64,000 nt of DNA from the human T2T-CHM13v2.0 reference genome, Homo sapiens. Numbering within the stretch: the stretch's first letter is position 1; every line of letters begins with the position of its first letter. Position numbers and translations under genes: made by a program. A model generated the notes under the pieces. It was not told where the DNA came from, searched no databases, and saw only the letters and a list, made by a program, of their open reading frames with translations. The DNA is taken from assembly GCF_009914755.1 (NCBI RefSeq), contig NC_060925.1; one strand, written 5' to 3'. Of the stretch, positions 1 through 15,307 are shown one piece after another.

Positions 1-284
1 CAGTAGGCATTTAAGATAAACAGAAGTGTAAAATACATTTAATCCTAGGCCTTGACTTTTTTTTTTTTTTTTTTACATTCTGGATAATATTATCTACTCC
101 CATGACATTTCAAGTGGATTTACTTGTGTAAATGTGCACATGATTCAAAGCACCAAATATCTGTTTGGTCTTTTCAATAATTCTTCCTGGGTAGCTGTCC
201 CTTCTGCTAATAACTTCATCTTTCATCAAGACTAAAAATAAACTTTTGAGATATCGCCCTTAAGTTTTTCTCTACTTAGACTGT

Positions 285-795
285 TTCTCTTTCACGCTGT
301 TGCCAGATTATCTTTCTAAAGGCAAAATCTTGGTCATATGACATTCCTGCTGAAATATCTCCAACATCTTATGTTGTATAGAGGAGAAATTCTAAACTCT
401 AGCATGAACTTAGAGGCCATCAGCAATCTGTCCTTAGCCTAATTTTACTAGTTTCATAGTTTGCCCAGTGATCCTCCTCTAACCACCATATTATTAAGCC
501 ACATTTAACTGCATGCTGTTTCCACACCTGCCTTTATGAATCCATCTTCACACGCACTGTTTGCCCTGAGTATCCTTATTTTGCCGCTCAAATGTCCCTT
601 GATTTCTCTAGGATTCTGCATCCTTATAACACTGTGCCTAGATCACCATAACATTAATACATTACATTACAGTTAATTGTTGAAGTCTTTCTCACTAGAC
701 TAGGGACCCTTTAAAAGCATGAACTAGCCAATATTTTTGTAAATCCCTTATCCTGTGCCCATTGTGGGGACTTGACATGTGGTAGGTGACATGCC
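285..795 (+). mobile_element. L2 LINE 3' fragment (degenerate)
   Basis: gattatctttctaaaggcaaaatcttggtcatatgacattcctgctgaaat resembles the L2 3' region. Boundaries approximate. Confidence 0.6.
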
Positions 796-1094
796 TTTAT
801 ATATTGTATTGGGTGCAGTTGCAGGGTTTAAATACTTTTTCCCTCTGAAAGAACTTGTTTGAACTGTAAAAGTGTCTAAGGAATATAGTACCTTTTTCCC
901 CTATCACATTCTTCCAAAGTAGGACCTGTTAAGGATATTCTGGTAATTTAGTTGTGGGTAGGGGGAGGTAACCTTAAAGTATGAAATATAAAATCTTGTT
1001 ATAATTCACTTGACAGTAAATATTTAAAACTAAGTTAAATAGCCCAAGAGAGTTATCTATACTAACACAAGTTAGGAAAGAATGAAAAGATGGT

Positions 1095-1345
1095 TGTTAG
1101 AAACAAATGCTTCGTGCTGCAAAGAAGAATCAGCACTCTGGCAAAAAGCTTTCTCAGCAAGGCAATTCACTTCTGAAGAAGGGTGCCACTCATACCTGGT
1201 GTGGTCACAAGAGCACACCGAGCAGGGTATGGCAGGGGTTTTTATCCCTAACAAAGTTCCTAGCACTTCTGTGTCCTTTCCCCATTGGCTGGGTTTGGAC
1301 CTCACAATCTAAGCTAACTTGATTGGCTAAGGTTTAAAATTGAAT
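1095..1345 (-). mobile_element. Partial LTR10-like (ERV1/HERV-I) LTR, promoter-R-U5 half
   Basis: The reverse strand ends ...gccttgctgagaaagc...gagtgctg...tttctaaCA as in the LTR10 3' end. It has two CCAAT boxes and a GATAAAAA TATA-like motif upstream. Confidence 0.7.
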
Positions 1346-2246
1346 ACAGTTAATTTCCATGTATTAACTTTCTAGACAACCTTGAACAGGTCCTTGTACA
1401 ATTAAAAGATTGGGTCAGATCATCTGGCAGATTTCTTATTGGGTAGTTACAAATGACTAGATAAATAGTAGTTCCATAAAATTTAATTTCTAAGATAGGA
1501 CATTTAATGAATTTACTGAAGCTGATATTGGGCTATAACTTAAATGGTTTTGACTCAGTGAAAGTTGAGTTAATGAAGGAAAAAGTCACCTTTCAGGAGC
1601 ATTTGCTCCCAGGGGTGGCACATTAAACAGCATTATTGTGATTATGATCTTTACCTCTTCCCCCAAACTCCCTTACATAACCAAAGGTTTCCTCTTAAGT
1701 CTTCTTTATTTCTCTTTAAATGTAGAGGTCATTTAGTTCTTTAAGGGGGAAAAGACAGTAATTTGAAAACGTTCAAATGCCAACATTTTTTTCACATTTA
1801 AAATCAGTAAAATAATTATTCTTAGGGCAAGACAAAATGGGTAAAAATGACTCATATATATTTGCAGGACTACGGGAGTCATAATAAAGCAAAACATTTT
1901 TTTCTGTATGTCCAGTGTTAGATTTATAAAATCAAAGTCATACAAAGACTGATGTTTAAGCACATTAATCTTCTATTATAATGTTTAGACCTCTCTTAGC
2001 TTGGCTTTAATTGTAAAATCACAGGCCTTGAAGAGAGAATAATTAACTCTATTACTGCAGCAACCACTTAAAGATCTAAATATTTTGGAGTGTTCTATTT
2101 GAAAATTAGAGGGAGAACTAGTCACTACAAAACCATCTACAGATCTTTGTGTTCTTTTTATTCTTTCTCCTCAACATGTAGTTTGTTGCATTTGTAAGGG
2201 AGAGAAATAAAAATATGTTTTTGGGCATAAATTTTAAGATTTTTAA

Positions 2247-4493
<2,247 letters not shown>

Positions 4494-5194
4494 AACATTT
4501 GTACCCTTGTAGTTTTCTTAAACCACAAATCCAAATTCCAATCCTAGAATGTAACTCCAGGATATGAAAGATGGGAAAGAATAATATTACAGTGTAAAAT
4601 TTGAAGAAAACTAAGAGAGGAATTTTCATACTTCACTAAATTCTCACATCTAGTAGTTCTGGGTCAGTGCCCTTATTGCCCTTACCTGACATTTAAGGCA
4701 TATATTGTGCATCTTTGTAAGTAAATCTGTGTGGATACAATATAGCTTTTTGAATAGATGTTGATTTTGGTTTCTGAATAAAAGTTTCTCTTGTGATGAA
4801 CCTCACAGTGGCAAAATGTAGATATGAGAAGGAGAAAACCATTTCTTGAGTAAAAATGGTAAAAAAAAATTTTTTTTTTGATCTCACGGCAGCAAACTTC
4901 CAAAGGCCTTTGATGTTTGCCATTTTGTTGTGATAGTTAACTAATCTATAATGTTTGGGACTATTGAGTTTTGTGATTTGACATTTGTTGTATTGGAATC
5001 TGATCTGTAAACTAGTAGCATGGCTTGATGTAGAGCTTTGACTAAAGAGACTGAGAGAATGAAGACTAGGAAATAAATTTTTACTATCTCTTCTCAAATG
5101 TTTGTCTAAAATTAGTCAAGAACTTCATTTCATTAAAAACGTTAAAGTTTTTTTATTTATATATGACCTCCAAAAATGATTGAATATTTTTTGA

Positions 5195-5428
5195 ATACAA
5201 ATTCTGTGCCAGTCAGCACACCAGCTTTTTACATGATTATCTCATTTAATCCTTAACACAACCTCATGGAATAGATGTTATCTTCATTTACAGATAAGGA
5301 ACATTGGGTTCAGAGAGAGAAGTATTTTGTTCAAGACCATTTTTTCAGCTGGTAAATACATGACAGAGGTAGGACTCAAAATTCAGGTTTTGTCTGATTC
5401 CAAAGCCTGTGTGCTTAGTCACTATTAC
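5195..5428 (-). mobile_element. MIR SINE
   Basis: Antisense MIR core atctcatttaatccttaacacaacctc...tttacagataaggaacattggg...ccaaagcctgtgtgcttagtcact. Confidence 0.85.
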
Positions 5429-5614
5429 AAAAACAAACTCATAGTTCTTGAGTGAGGGAATTATTTAAGGCTTAAGTTACATTTACCTTTTAGTTTAAAA
5501 GACAGTATATGTAGTGACTGTGTATCATGATGATCCGTGGTACTGATTATTGAAATCATTCCACAGAGGTAGGCATGTGCAGGTTGTTGAATTGTACTAT
5601 TATAGATCAATTGT

Positions 5615-7108
5615 GCCTGGCACTGTTAACATTTTGAACTGGGTAATTAATTTGTTCTGGAGGACTGTCCTGTGTACCATAGGATGTTTAGCAGCATCTC
5701 TGGCTACACTCACTAGATGCGTATACCACTCCCTTGTGACAATGAAAAATTGTCACGACTTTCAGAAAAATCATCATCCTTCTATCTCCAACAGAAGAGT
5801 GAACTCATGTTTAACTTCATGTAGGTACAGATGGGATATTTATCAATATGTATATAGTACATAGATTAATAGACACACATATTTCCTTGTTCTGTCAGCT
5901 GACAAGGTCTAGAAGCAGTGACTGCTCAGTAGCAGTAAGCAGACCTTACATTCAAATCTTGGTTTCTAATATTCTCCAACACAAGGAACCAGGACTCCTT
6001 TTAGAAATGGCAGATTCTAGGACTGGGTTGGAAAAAACTACAAGATGAGCCTGGAGCATTTTGTAGTGCCAGAAACTAAGGAAGTTCTCACAAAAAAAAA
6101 AAAAAAAAAAAAAAAGACAAAAATCCCCCACAATTATAAGAGTATGCCAAAGGGACACAGAAACTAACAGGAGAGCTCTCAACTGCCAAATCTGGAATAA
6201 TTTATGCAAAAAAAATAAATAGAATAGTATTGCATTATAACCCAAAGTATAAAACAAATATCCATGAGCCCATATTGATATAAATAAATGATCTCATAAA
6301 TTAATAAATTGAAGTGAAGTAGACAAATCTCCTGTGAGGAATTCCAAATAATTTATGTAACTACCTGCCCCCAAGGTGTGGGACATAACTCCCCACTCCT
6401 TAGGTATGAGCTACCCATAGTGACTTCCTTCCAAAGAGCACAATCAGTATAGGAGAGGGAAAAATAATGCTCCAGTGGAGAAATCTGATGAATACTACCT
6501 TAGCCAGGTATTTAAAGTTAACTTCAGCAGTGATAAATCATATTGATAGTGTGTGTATCCTTAACATGAAGTAATAAGAATGGCACTTTACCTTACTCGT
6601 CTTCCTCTCAAAAACACATAACCCCAGTCTCATCGTGAGAAAAACATGAGACAAACTACAATTGAAGGATATTCTACAGAATACCTGTTTACTACTCCTC
6701 AAAATTTTCAAGGTCATCAAAAACAAGGAAAGTCTAAGAAACTGTCACAGATAAGGGAAGCCTAAGGAAATATGACAAGTAAATGTAATGTGGTATTCTG
6801 GATGCGATCCTGGAAAAGGGGAAAAAAAACTTTAGGTAAAAAATTAGGAAATTTGAATAAAATATAAACTTTAGTCAATAATGTATCAATATTGGTTCAT
6901 TAATTGTGAAAAATATACCATAGTAATATAATATATTGATAATAGGGGGAATTGGTGTAGTATATGGGAACTCTATACTATCTTTACGATTTTTCTGTAA
7001 ATCTAAAACTTTTCTAAAATAAAAGTTTTATTTATTTTTTTTAAAAAGGCCTCAAAACATTGCCATATGTCTCTAGGGAGCAAAATTTCACCTAGTTGAG
7101 AAAATCAC
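5615..7108 (-). mobile_element. MER20 (hAT-Charlie MITE) split into two parts (about 5615-5754 and 7050-7108) by an L1
   Basis: The left part ggcactgttaacattttg...aggatgtttagcagcatc...cactagatgc...gtgacaatgaaaaattgtc and the right part acattgccatatgtctctagggagcaaaat...gttgagaa are collinear halves of MER20. Confidence 0.8.
5755..7048 (+). mobile_element. L1MC/L1MD-type 3'UTR fragment
   Basis: Diagnostic tracts atcttggtttctaatattctccaacacaaggaaccagg...gatgagcctggagcattttgtagtgccagaaa; terminal ttttctgtaaatctaaaac...aaataaaagttt. Confidence 0.8.
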
Positions 7109-7339
7109 CATTATAGTTAATACCATAGAGAAAAAAAGTATATTTCATTTTTGTTTCTGTTGAGTCCCTAGTGGAGAAATAACATTAATGGAAATGCCTA
7201 GGATACCTAGTAGGCACAAAGGTGCAAAGTACATATTTACTTACCTTTTCTAATCTCTCTCCCCTTCCCCCTTAAAATTTTAGTGTCCTTGAGGGTTTTA
7301 TATTTTTGTTTTTCTTCTCATTCTGGTAGCTGTCTTGGA

Positions 7340-7925
7340 TTACCTCATTTGTGCCTGTAGCTTCACATATCATCCATATGTTGATACTACCAATTCAAAA
7401 TCTTTAGGCTGATCTTAGCTTCTAAGTCTAGCTTCAGAGTAAGCATCTATCTATACTTTTATGTCCCATAACATGTCAAATTCACTAGATTTGAGTCACA
7501 AAACCTGATATCTCCTGCATTCTCTGTCTTGTTCCACCAACTGAATATGTGGGAGTCATCCTAGATTCCCTCTACCTTAAGGCCTGAATTATTGTACCCT
7601 CTTTCTCTCACTATGTCTTCCACATCTATGGGTTTAAAACAGAAATTTGATCCTCCTAATACCCTTTCTCTTAATCTTATAATGGTTCCTCATTGCATGT
7701 AAGAAACTTTTTTCTCCACTGTCATGTACTTCAATATCTCTAAAATTGACCCCTTCCTGTTTTGAGCCCCTGAATCTATTTTACTGGTTTCTGTGGTAAT
7801 ACAAATAACACACCACTGACATTGCTGACCTGTCTCCCCTTCTACTCCACCTAAGCTCCTAGAGTGCAAAGAGTCTATCTTTCTGTTCCCATGGTGGTTC
7901 ATTTATGATGACTGAATGAGTGAAT
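7340..7925 (+). mobile_element. L2 fragments
   Basis: gggagtcatcctagattccc and a terminal gaatgagtgaatg repeat. Boundaries approximate. Confidence 0.5.
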
Positions 7926-9196
7926 GTGGTTTCAGATTTATGGTTATAGATTTTATTCAGTGTGTTCAACTTGACTGGTTTCCTGTGTTTTGATATTTCT
8001 CTGAGTATGGCTTTATAAATTCAATAGTAGTAATGAGATGTTTTTTATTTATATTAGCAGTGGCTTTCCATTGAATATTATGATTTACCTCATACTTAGT
8101 TCCTTATATACATTTTAGGAGTTGGGAAAAGCAAGGTAGTTAAAATCATATCAGAAAGGAACCTTACTGTTTTTTTTGTGTCTACATATAGTACAATAAA
8201 AGCATAATTTTAGTATCTTTAATGTAGATGTTTGATTAGATATTGAAACCTTTCAACTATAATTAGATTAACAGATCTCCTGCTCCATCCTCATTCCCAT
8301 TTATTAGTTGCTTCCTTTCAGACTGTGATTTAAAGTTTGAGTGATGCGCCTATTCTTTCTATAGCTAACAGAATTGTTCCAAAGTGCAGTGCAGCTGCTA
8401 CTGAAGCTCCTTAGGTCAATACATTTTTCTGTAATAGAAAAACATGTGTATTGTGTTTTGTCTCCATAGGGATCTTAAATCTAATCCATTTAATTTAAAA
8501 TAATTTTATTTATCTAGAATGTTACTTAATATTTTGTATAAAATATGCTTATTCTAAGAAAATGTTTAAGAGTTCTTGTCAGTGATTATTTTAAAATGAA
8601 AACAGGTAATGCAAGAGGCAGCTGGACAATTTTTGGATATATATTGTCTCCAAGTTATATTTCTTCAGAGGAATGAATAACAAGTTTGTTTCCCCCGTTA
8701 CTACGAACTACACATTATTTTTGGAGGGAAATAAAAGGGGGTACTGATGCTTTCTGACATCACCCTAATTCTCTCTATGAAAACAGAAACCAAAGCCTCA
8801 AGAATTTGGGCTATTAAAATGTAATATTTGAGCTCCAGAAACCTGTTCTTAGAAGTATGCCGATTGGGATTTATGTGAACTTGGGGGTGGGGGAAGAGGG
8901 GTGGAAATGAGATTTCTTAAGAATAATTCCATTACTTTTGAGGCTGAGACCTAGTTCATAGCTTCAAAGTATGATTGGGTTTCTCATAATTAATTATCTT
9001 TTTGCTTTCTTGCCCCATGAGGGAAGTCTATAGTAACTACTGGATAGAAGTAATTATTGTAAAACATAGTTCAAAGTCAAAATCTTAATGACTCCTATTA
9101 AATTTCTTTTTGATATGACTTTTTATGGAAATCTGTTAAATGTTTGATAATTTTCATTATCCCAAAATAATGAGACTATTATCTGATATGGCATAC

Positions 9197-9695
9197 TGTG
9201 TCAGAGGTCTTCAAGACCACTTCCAAGTGTGGTGATTTGTTAGGATAACTCAGAGGGCTCAGTGCATAGTCCTACTAATAGCTTTGATTTATAGCAACAA
9301 AAGGAAAAGGCAAATGGTGCAAAGACCAAGGAATCCAGGCTCAAGCTCCCAGTGGAGTCACACAGGATGCCCTTAACTCCTCCAGTATTGAGTTGTGACA
9401 ACACATATGAAATGTCATATGCCAGGGAAGCTCATTAGTGACTCAGTGGCCAGGATTTTTATGGAGGCTTGTCACATGGGCAGCCTTAGCCTAGCACATA
9501 CCAGATTTCCAGACTCCCAAAGAAAAGTAAACCATATTGTTTGCACAATTTAGGCAAAATGAGATATTCTTATCAGGGAATAGTAGGAACTCTCCCAAAA
9601 TCCAGAATCCCAGGGGCTAGCCAAGGGCTAATCTTGCAAGGAAGCTTTTCTAAGGATAGCATCTCAGCCCTGTTTTATTGTCTTTTCACTGCATG
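9197..9695 (-). mobile_element. Solo ERVL LTR of the MER68/MER77/MER21 group
   Basis: Similarity to the MER68-type consensus in reverse (cccagtggagtcacacaggatgc, gttgtgacaacac, ccagggaagctcattag, tttctaaggatagc). Confidence 0.75.
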
Positions 9696-9992
9696 TGCAA
9701 TGTAACTTGAATGCTTATAGGTAAAGTTTGTCTATCATAATTACTGCAGTTTTGGAAGGTGGTCATACATCCATGCCTGTTTGTGATGGCTAATATCCAT
9801 AGTTTGAAATAAATATAAACATGGTCAGTTCAGACTTCAACACATCAAGCATGTTAACTTTTGGAACAGATGCTATTTTTTTTTTTAAATAGAAATAAAA
9901 AACTGCATGTTACAAAATGATCACAATAGGAATGAATATATTGAGACTTTTTTTTTTTAGTTCTTCCTGTGTAAGTTCCATAAATGTGTTTA

Positions 9993-10130
9993 AATTCAGC
10001 AAACATTTGAGTGCCACTGTATGCCTATTTCTGTTCTAGATACTAGGGACATAGAAATGAATCAGGCATGATTCCTGCCATGAAGAAGCCCATATTCTAA
10101 GAAAGATGACAGGAATGTAAATAAATATAT
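9993..10130 (-). mobile_element. L2 3' end
   Basis: ttcagcaaacatttgagtgcc...tgttctagatactagggacatagaaatgaat. Confidence 0.6.
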
Positions 10131-10297
10131 GTTTATAGATTAGTATAAGGAACATTATTTTGTCAAATTGTATTTTTTAAGAGATTTTAAAATAAGCTTA
10201 CTTATACTGCTATTTATGTGTCAGTGTATATTCCACGGACACTGCTATGTAATCTTAGGGCTTTTTTTTAAAAAAAATTTTAGTCTCCTGTTTTCTT

Positions 10298-10602
10298 ACT
10301 TTCTTTCTTCTTCTTTTTTTTATGAGATGGAGTCTCACTCTGTCACCTAGGCTAGAGTACAATGGTGCAATCAGCTCACCACAACTTCGGTCTCCTCAGT
10401 TCAAGTGATTCTCCTGACTCAGCCTCCCAAGTAGCTGGGATTACAGGCGTAAGCCACCACAAGTGGCTAATTTTTATCTTTTTAGTAGAGGTGGGGTTTC
10501 ACCATGTTGGCCAGCTGGTCTCGAACTCCTGACCTCAGGTGATCCACCCACCACAGCCTCCCAAAGTGCTGGGATTACAGGTGTGAGCCATCGCACCTGG
10601 CA
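10298..10602 (-). mobile_element. AluS
   Basis: Full dimer with TSD tagt(c/g)tcctgttttctt on both sides. Confidence 0.95.
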
Positions 10603-10763
10603 TAGTGTCCTGTTTTCTTCAACTCTCTTGATTTTTGTGCTAGAGAAAGTGAGAGAGGGCATGCTTAATTATAAAGTGGTTTATCACAGTAAGTCACTGT
10701 GCTGGAACCTATTTAGGCTCTCCCTACATCAGCCATCACAAACATTTTAGTAACTGCCTTTAA

Positions 10764-11088
<325 letters not shown>

Positions 11089-11101
11089 AGTTAGTGCTGT
11101 T

Positions 11102-11405
11102 TTTTTTTTGTTTTTTTTTTTTTTTAAGATGGGGACTTGCTCTGTCGCCCAGGCTGGAGTGTAGTGGCGTGATCTCAGCTCACTCAGCTCTGCCTTCCGG
11201 GTTCATGCCATTCTCCTGCCTCAGCCTCCTGAGTAACTGGGACTACAGGTGCCCGCCACCACGCCCAGCTAATTTTTGTGTGTTTTTAGTAGAGACGGGG
11301 TTTCACCATGTTAGCCAGGATGGTCTCGATCTCCTGACCTCGTGATCCACCTGCCTCGGCCTCCCAAAGTGCTGGGATTATAGGTGTGAGCCACTGCACC
11401 CAGCC
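11102..11405 (-). mobile_element. AluY-like, tandem to the previous Alu
   Basis: Y diagnostics gccattctcc and gttagccaggatggtctcgatctcctgacctcgtg. Confidence 0.93.
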
Positions 11406-11808
11406 ACAGTTAGTGCTATTCTTAATGTCCAGTACTTGTAGTAGTCATATTTTGAATTTTATATAAAGCTTTATACAAAAAGAAATCAATTATCATAATT
11501 TCCTGTTTCCCCCATGCAATCTGCCTTTTTATTCCTGCCTCTTCTTCTGAAATAACTGAATTATTAGTCAGTTTTGCTTTCTTTCATTTCTCCTTTTGAT
11601 ATGACTTCCTTAATATAATGAGCTTGGAATTTGCTTTAGGTGGTTGTTCAGTTTATCTTCTAATCATGTATCAGAGTCTTCTATCATGCCCACAGCTCCA
11701 CAAAATAACTCAAGAACCTGAGCTCTGGGTGTGGAGCTTTACTAACTCTTCTTCCCCTTTGCTTTAAATTTTTACACTAACACGTGTATTTTTTGGTCTG
11801 TCGTATAT

Positions 11809-12104
11809 TTATTTATTTCTTTTTTGAGACAGGGTCTCACTCTGTCACCCAGGCAAGTGCAGTGGCACGATCTCTATTCACTGCAACCTCTGACTCCCAG
11901 TTTCAAGTGAGTCTTATGCCTCAGGCTCCCAAGTAGCTGGGATTACAGGCCTGCGCCACATGCCCAGCTAATTTTTGTATTTTTAGTGGAGATGGGATTT
12001 CACCATGTTGGCCAGGCTGGCCTTGAACTCCTGGCCTCAAGTGACCTGCCTGCCTCAATCTCCCAAAGTGCTATGATTACAGGCATGAGCCATTGCACCT
12101 GGCC
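11809..12104 (-). mobile_element. AluJb/Sz
   Basis: Full dimer with an imperfect TSD tgtc(g/a)tata. Confidence 0.93.
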
Positions 12105-12191
12105 TGTCATATACTTTTTTATAATTATTCATGTGCTTATCTTTGTCTTCTGTCCTCTCAGACGCTGTGCTTTTTTACCACAATTTATACA

Positions 12192-12355
12192 ACCAGCTGT
12201 GTGACTTTGGGTAAGTTACTTAACCTCTTAATACCTCTGGCTACTCACCTATAAAACAGAGATAATAATACTCACCTCACAGGGACCTTGTAAGGATTGC
12301 ATTAATATATGTAAATATCTTAGAATGATGTCTCCAGCCCACTTGATAAATGTTA
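12192..12355 (+). mobile_element. MIR
   Basis: MIR core ctgtgtgactttgggtaagttacttaacctct. Confidence 0.8.
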
Positions 12356-12359
12356 TCTT

Positions 12360-15135
12360 CCCCAACTTTTTTTAAAAATTCAAACCTTCAAAAATGGTAA
12401 GAGTGAATAAGTATCCACATACCCTTTGCTTGAACTAATTTTTTACTTTATGCCAAATTTTCCTTATTTCTGTAAGTGTGTGTGTAATTTTTTTAAACGA
12501 AACTACTTGAAGGTAAACTGCATATATTATGATACTTCAGCACATATCTACTAAGAGTAAGGACATTTTCCTATACAAGCACACCCAGGAAATGTAAGAA
12601 AGAGACAATGAAAGTATTTACTATGCAGTCTGATATGGTTTGGCTGTGTCCCCAGCAAAATCTCATCTTGAAATGTAACTACTACAATTCCCATGTGTTG
12701 TGGGAGGAAATTGAATCATGGGAGTGGTTCTTTCCCATGTTCTTCTCATGATAGTGAATAAGTCTCACGAGATCTGATGGTTTTATAAGGGGAAGTTTCC
12801 CTGCACAAGCTCTCTTTTCTTTTCTGCCACCATGTGAGACGTGCCTTTCACCTTCCGCCGTGACTGTGAGGCCTCCCCAGCCACGTGGAACTGTAAGTTC
12901 ATTAAATCTCTTTCTTTTGTAAATTGCCCAGTCTCTGGTATGTCTTTATCAGGAGCATCAAAATGGACTAATACAGTAAATTGATACTGGTAGATTGGGG
13001 CACTGCTGAAAAGATAACCAAAAATGTGGAAGCGACGTTGGAACTTGGTAGAGGCTGGAACAGTTTGGAGAGCTCAGAAGAAGACAGGAAAATCTGGGAA
13101 AGTTTGGGACTCCCTAGAGACTTGTTGAATGGCTTTGACCAAAATGCTGGTAATGATATGGACACTGAAATATAGGCTGAGGTGGTCTCAGATGGAAATG
13201 AGGAACTTGTTGGGAACTGGAGCAAAGGTGACTCTTGTTATGTTTTAGCAAAGAGACTGGCAGCATTTTGCCCCTGCCCTAGAGATTTGTGGTACTTTGA
13301 ACTTAAGAGAAATGATTTAGTGTATCTGGTGGAAGAAATCTCTAAGTAGTAAAGCATTCAAGGGGTGACTTGGGTGCTATTAAAGGCAATCAGTTTTAAA
13401 AGGGAAACAGAACATAAAAGTTTGGAAAATTTGCAGCCTGACAATGTGATAGAAAAGAAAATCCCATTTTCTGAGGAGAAATTCAAGCCAGCAGCAGAAA
13501 TTTGCATAAGTAACGAGGAGCCAAATGTTAATCCCCAAGTCAGTGGGGAAAATGTCTCTAGGGCATGTCAGAGACCATTGCGGCAGCCCCTTCCATCACA
13601 GGCCTGGAGACCGAGGAGGAAAAAATTGTTCAGTGGGCTGGGCCGGGATCCCTCTGCTGTGTGCAGTCTAGGGACTTGGTGCCCTGTGTCCCAGCCACTC
13701 CAGCTGTGACTAAAAGGGGCCAAGGTACAGCTCGGGCCATGGCTTCAGAGGTTGCAGGCCCTAAGCTCTGGCAGTTTCCATGTGGTGTTGAGCCTGCAGG
13801 TGCATAGAAGTCAAGAATTGAGATTTGGAAACCTCTGCCTAGATTTCAGAGGATTTATGGAAATGCTTGGATGTCCAGGCAGAAGTTTGCTGCGGGGATG
13901 GGGCACTCATGGAGAACCTTTGCTAAGGCAGTGCCAAAGCAAAATGTGGGGTGGGTATGCCCACAGAGAGTCCCCACTGGGGTGCTGCCTCGTGGAGATG
14001 TGAGAAGAGGGCCACCATCCTCCAGACCCCAGAATGGTAGATCCACAGACAGCTTGCACCAGAAAAGCCGCAGACACTCAACACCAGCCCATGAAAACAG
14101 CCAGGAAGGAGGCTGTACCCTGCAAAGCCACAGGGACAGAGCTGCCCAAGACCATGGGAACCCACCTCTGGCATCAGCATGACCTGGATGTGAGACATGG
14201 AGTCTAAGGGGATAATTTTGGAGCTTTAAGATTTGACTGCCCTACTAGATTTCGGACTTGCATGGGGTCTTTAGCCCCTTTGTTTAGCCAATTTCTCCCA
14301 TTTGGAATGGGTGTATTTATCCAATGCCTGTATCCCCATTGTGTCTAGGAAGTTACTAACTTGCTTTTGATTTTGCAGGCTCATAGGCAGAAGGGACTTG
14401 CCTTGTCTCAGTTGAGACATTTGACTGAACTTTTGAGTTAATGCTGAAATGAGTTAAGACTTTGGGGAACTGTTAGAAGACATGATTGGTTTTGAAATGT
14501 GAAGAGATGAGATTTGGGAGGGACCCTGGGCAGAATGATATGGTTTGGCTGTGTTCCCACCCAAATCTCATCTTGAATTGTAACTGCTACAATTCCCACA
14601 TGTTGTGGGAGAGACCCCAGGGGAGGAAATTGAATCATGGGGGTGGGTCTTTCCCATGCTATTTTCATGATAGTGAGTAAGTCTTATGAGATCCGATGGT
14701 TTTATAAAGGGGAGTTTTCTTGCACAAGCTCTCTTCTCTTGTCTGCCACTGTGTGAGACATGCCTTTCACCTTCCACCATGATTGTGAGGCCTTCCCAGC
14801 CATGTGGAACTGTGAGTCCATTAAACCTCTTTCTTTTGTTAAATTGTCCAGTCTCAGGTTATGTCTTTATCAGCAACATGAAAACAGACTAATACACAGG
14901 CTGTGTTCACAATTTCCCAATTGTTCCTAAAATTTCCTTTATAGCTTTTTCCTTTTTTTATTCTTTCTCTCTCTGTTTAAAAACGTCTAGGAACTAAACA
15001 AGAATCACATTTGCTTTAGTTGTCCTGACTCTTCAGTCTGTTAATTTAGACCAGTCTTCCTTCCTTTTTTCCTGTCTTCTTGTGACTTTGACATTTTAGA
15101 AGACTATAGGGCAGTAGCTTGCTTTGTAACATGTT
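12360..15135 (-). mobile_element. Old L1ME/L1MC 3' fragment interrupted by THE1 (pieces about 12360-12630 and 14897-15135)
   Basis: Pieces aagagtaaggacattttcctataca and aatttcccaattgttcctaaaat...gactttgacattttagaaga are collinear with antisense L1ME 3'UTR. Confidence 0.55.
12631..14896 (+). mobile_element. Full-length THE1 (A/B-like) MaLR provirus: 5'LTR 12631-12975, internal 12976-14535, 3'LTR 14536-14896
   Basis: Two LTRs TGATATGGTTTGGCTGTG...ACTAATACA flank about 1.56 kb of THE1-int. 5-bp TSD cagtc/caggc. ORFs 12981-14182 are degenerate THE1-int frames. Confidence 0.97.
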
Positions 15136-15237
15136 CTTTTGAAAACTGCACATACTGATTGAAAGATAACAGACTTTGTTAAATTATATTTCCTCTCTGT
15201 GGTCTTCATTGAACTAAATAATTAAATGATAGTAAAA

Positions 15238-15307
15238 GTAGCCTTCATTTAATAGTTAAATTATTTAACTATTATATGAAATAATTTAACTATTAAATGA
15301 AGGCTAC
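15238..15307. repeat. Perfect inverted repeat, 29-bp arms with a 12-nt spacer
   Basis: gtagccttcatttaatagttaaattattt (15238-15266) is the exact reverse complement of 15279-15307. Confidence 0.95.

Noticed and set aside
12968-14892. Cluster of overlapping ORFs
   Set aside because: THE1 internal and LTR sequence with broken frames.
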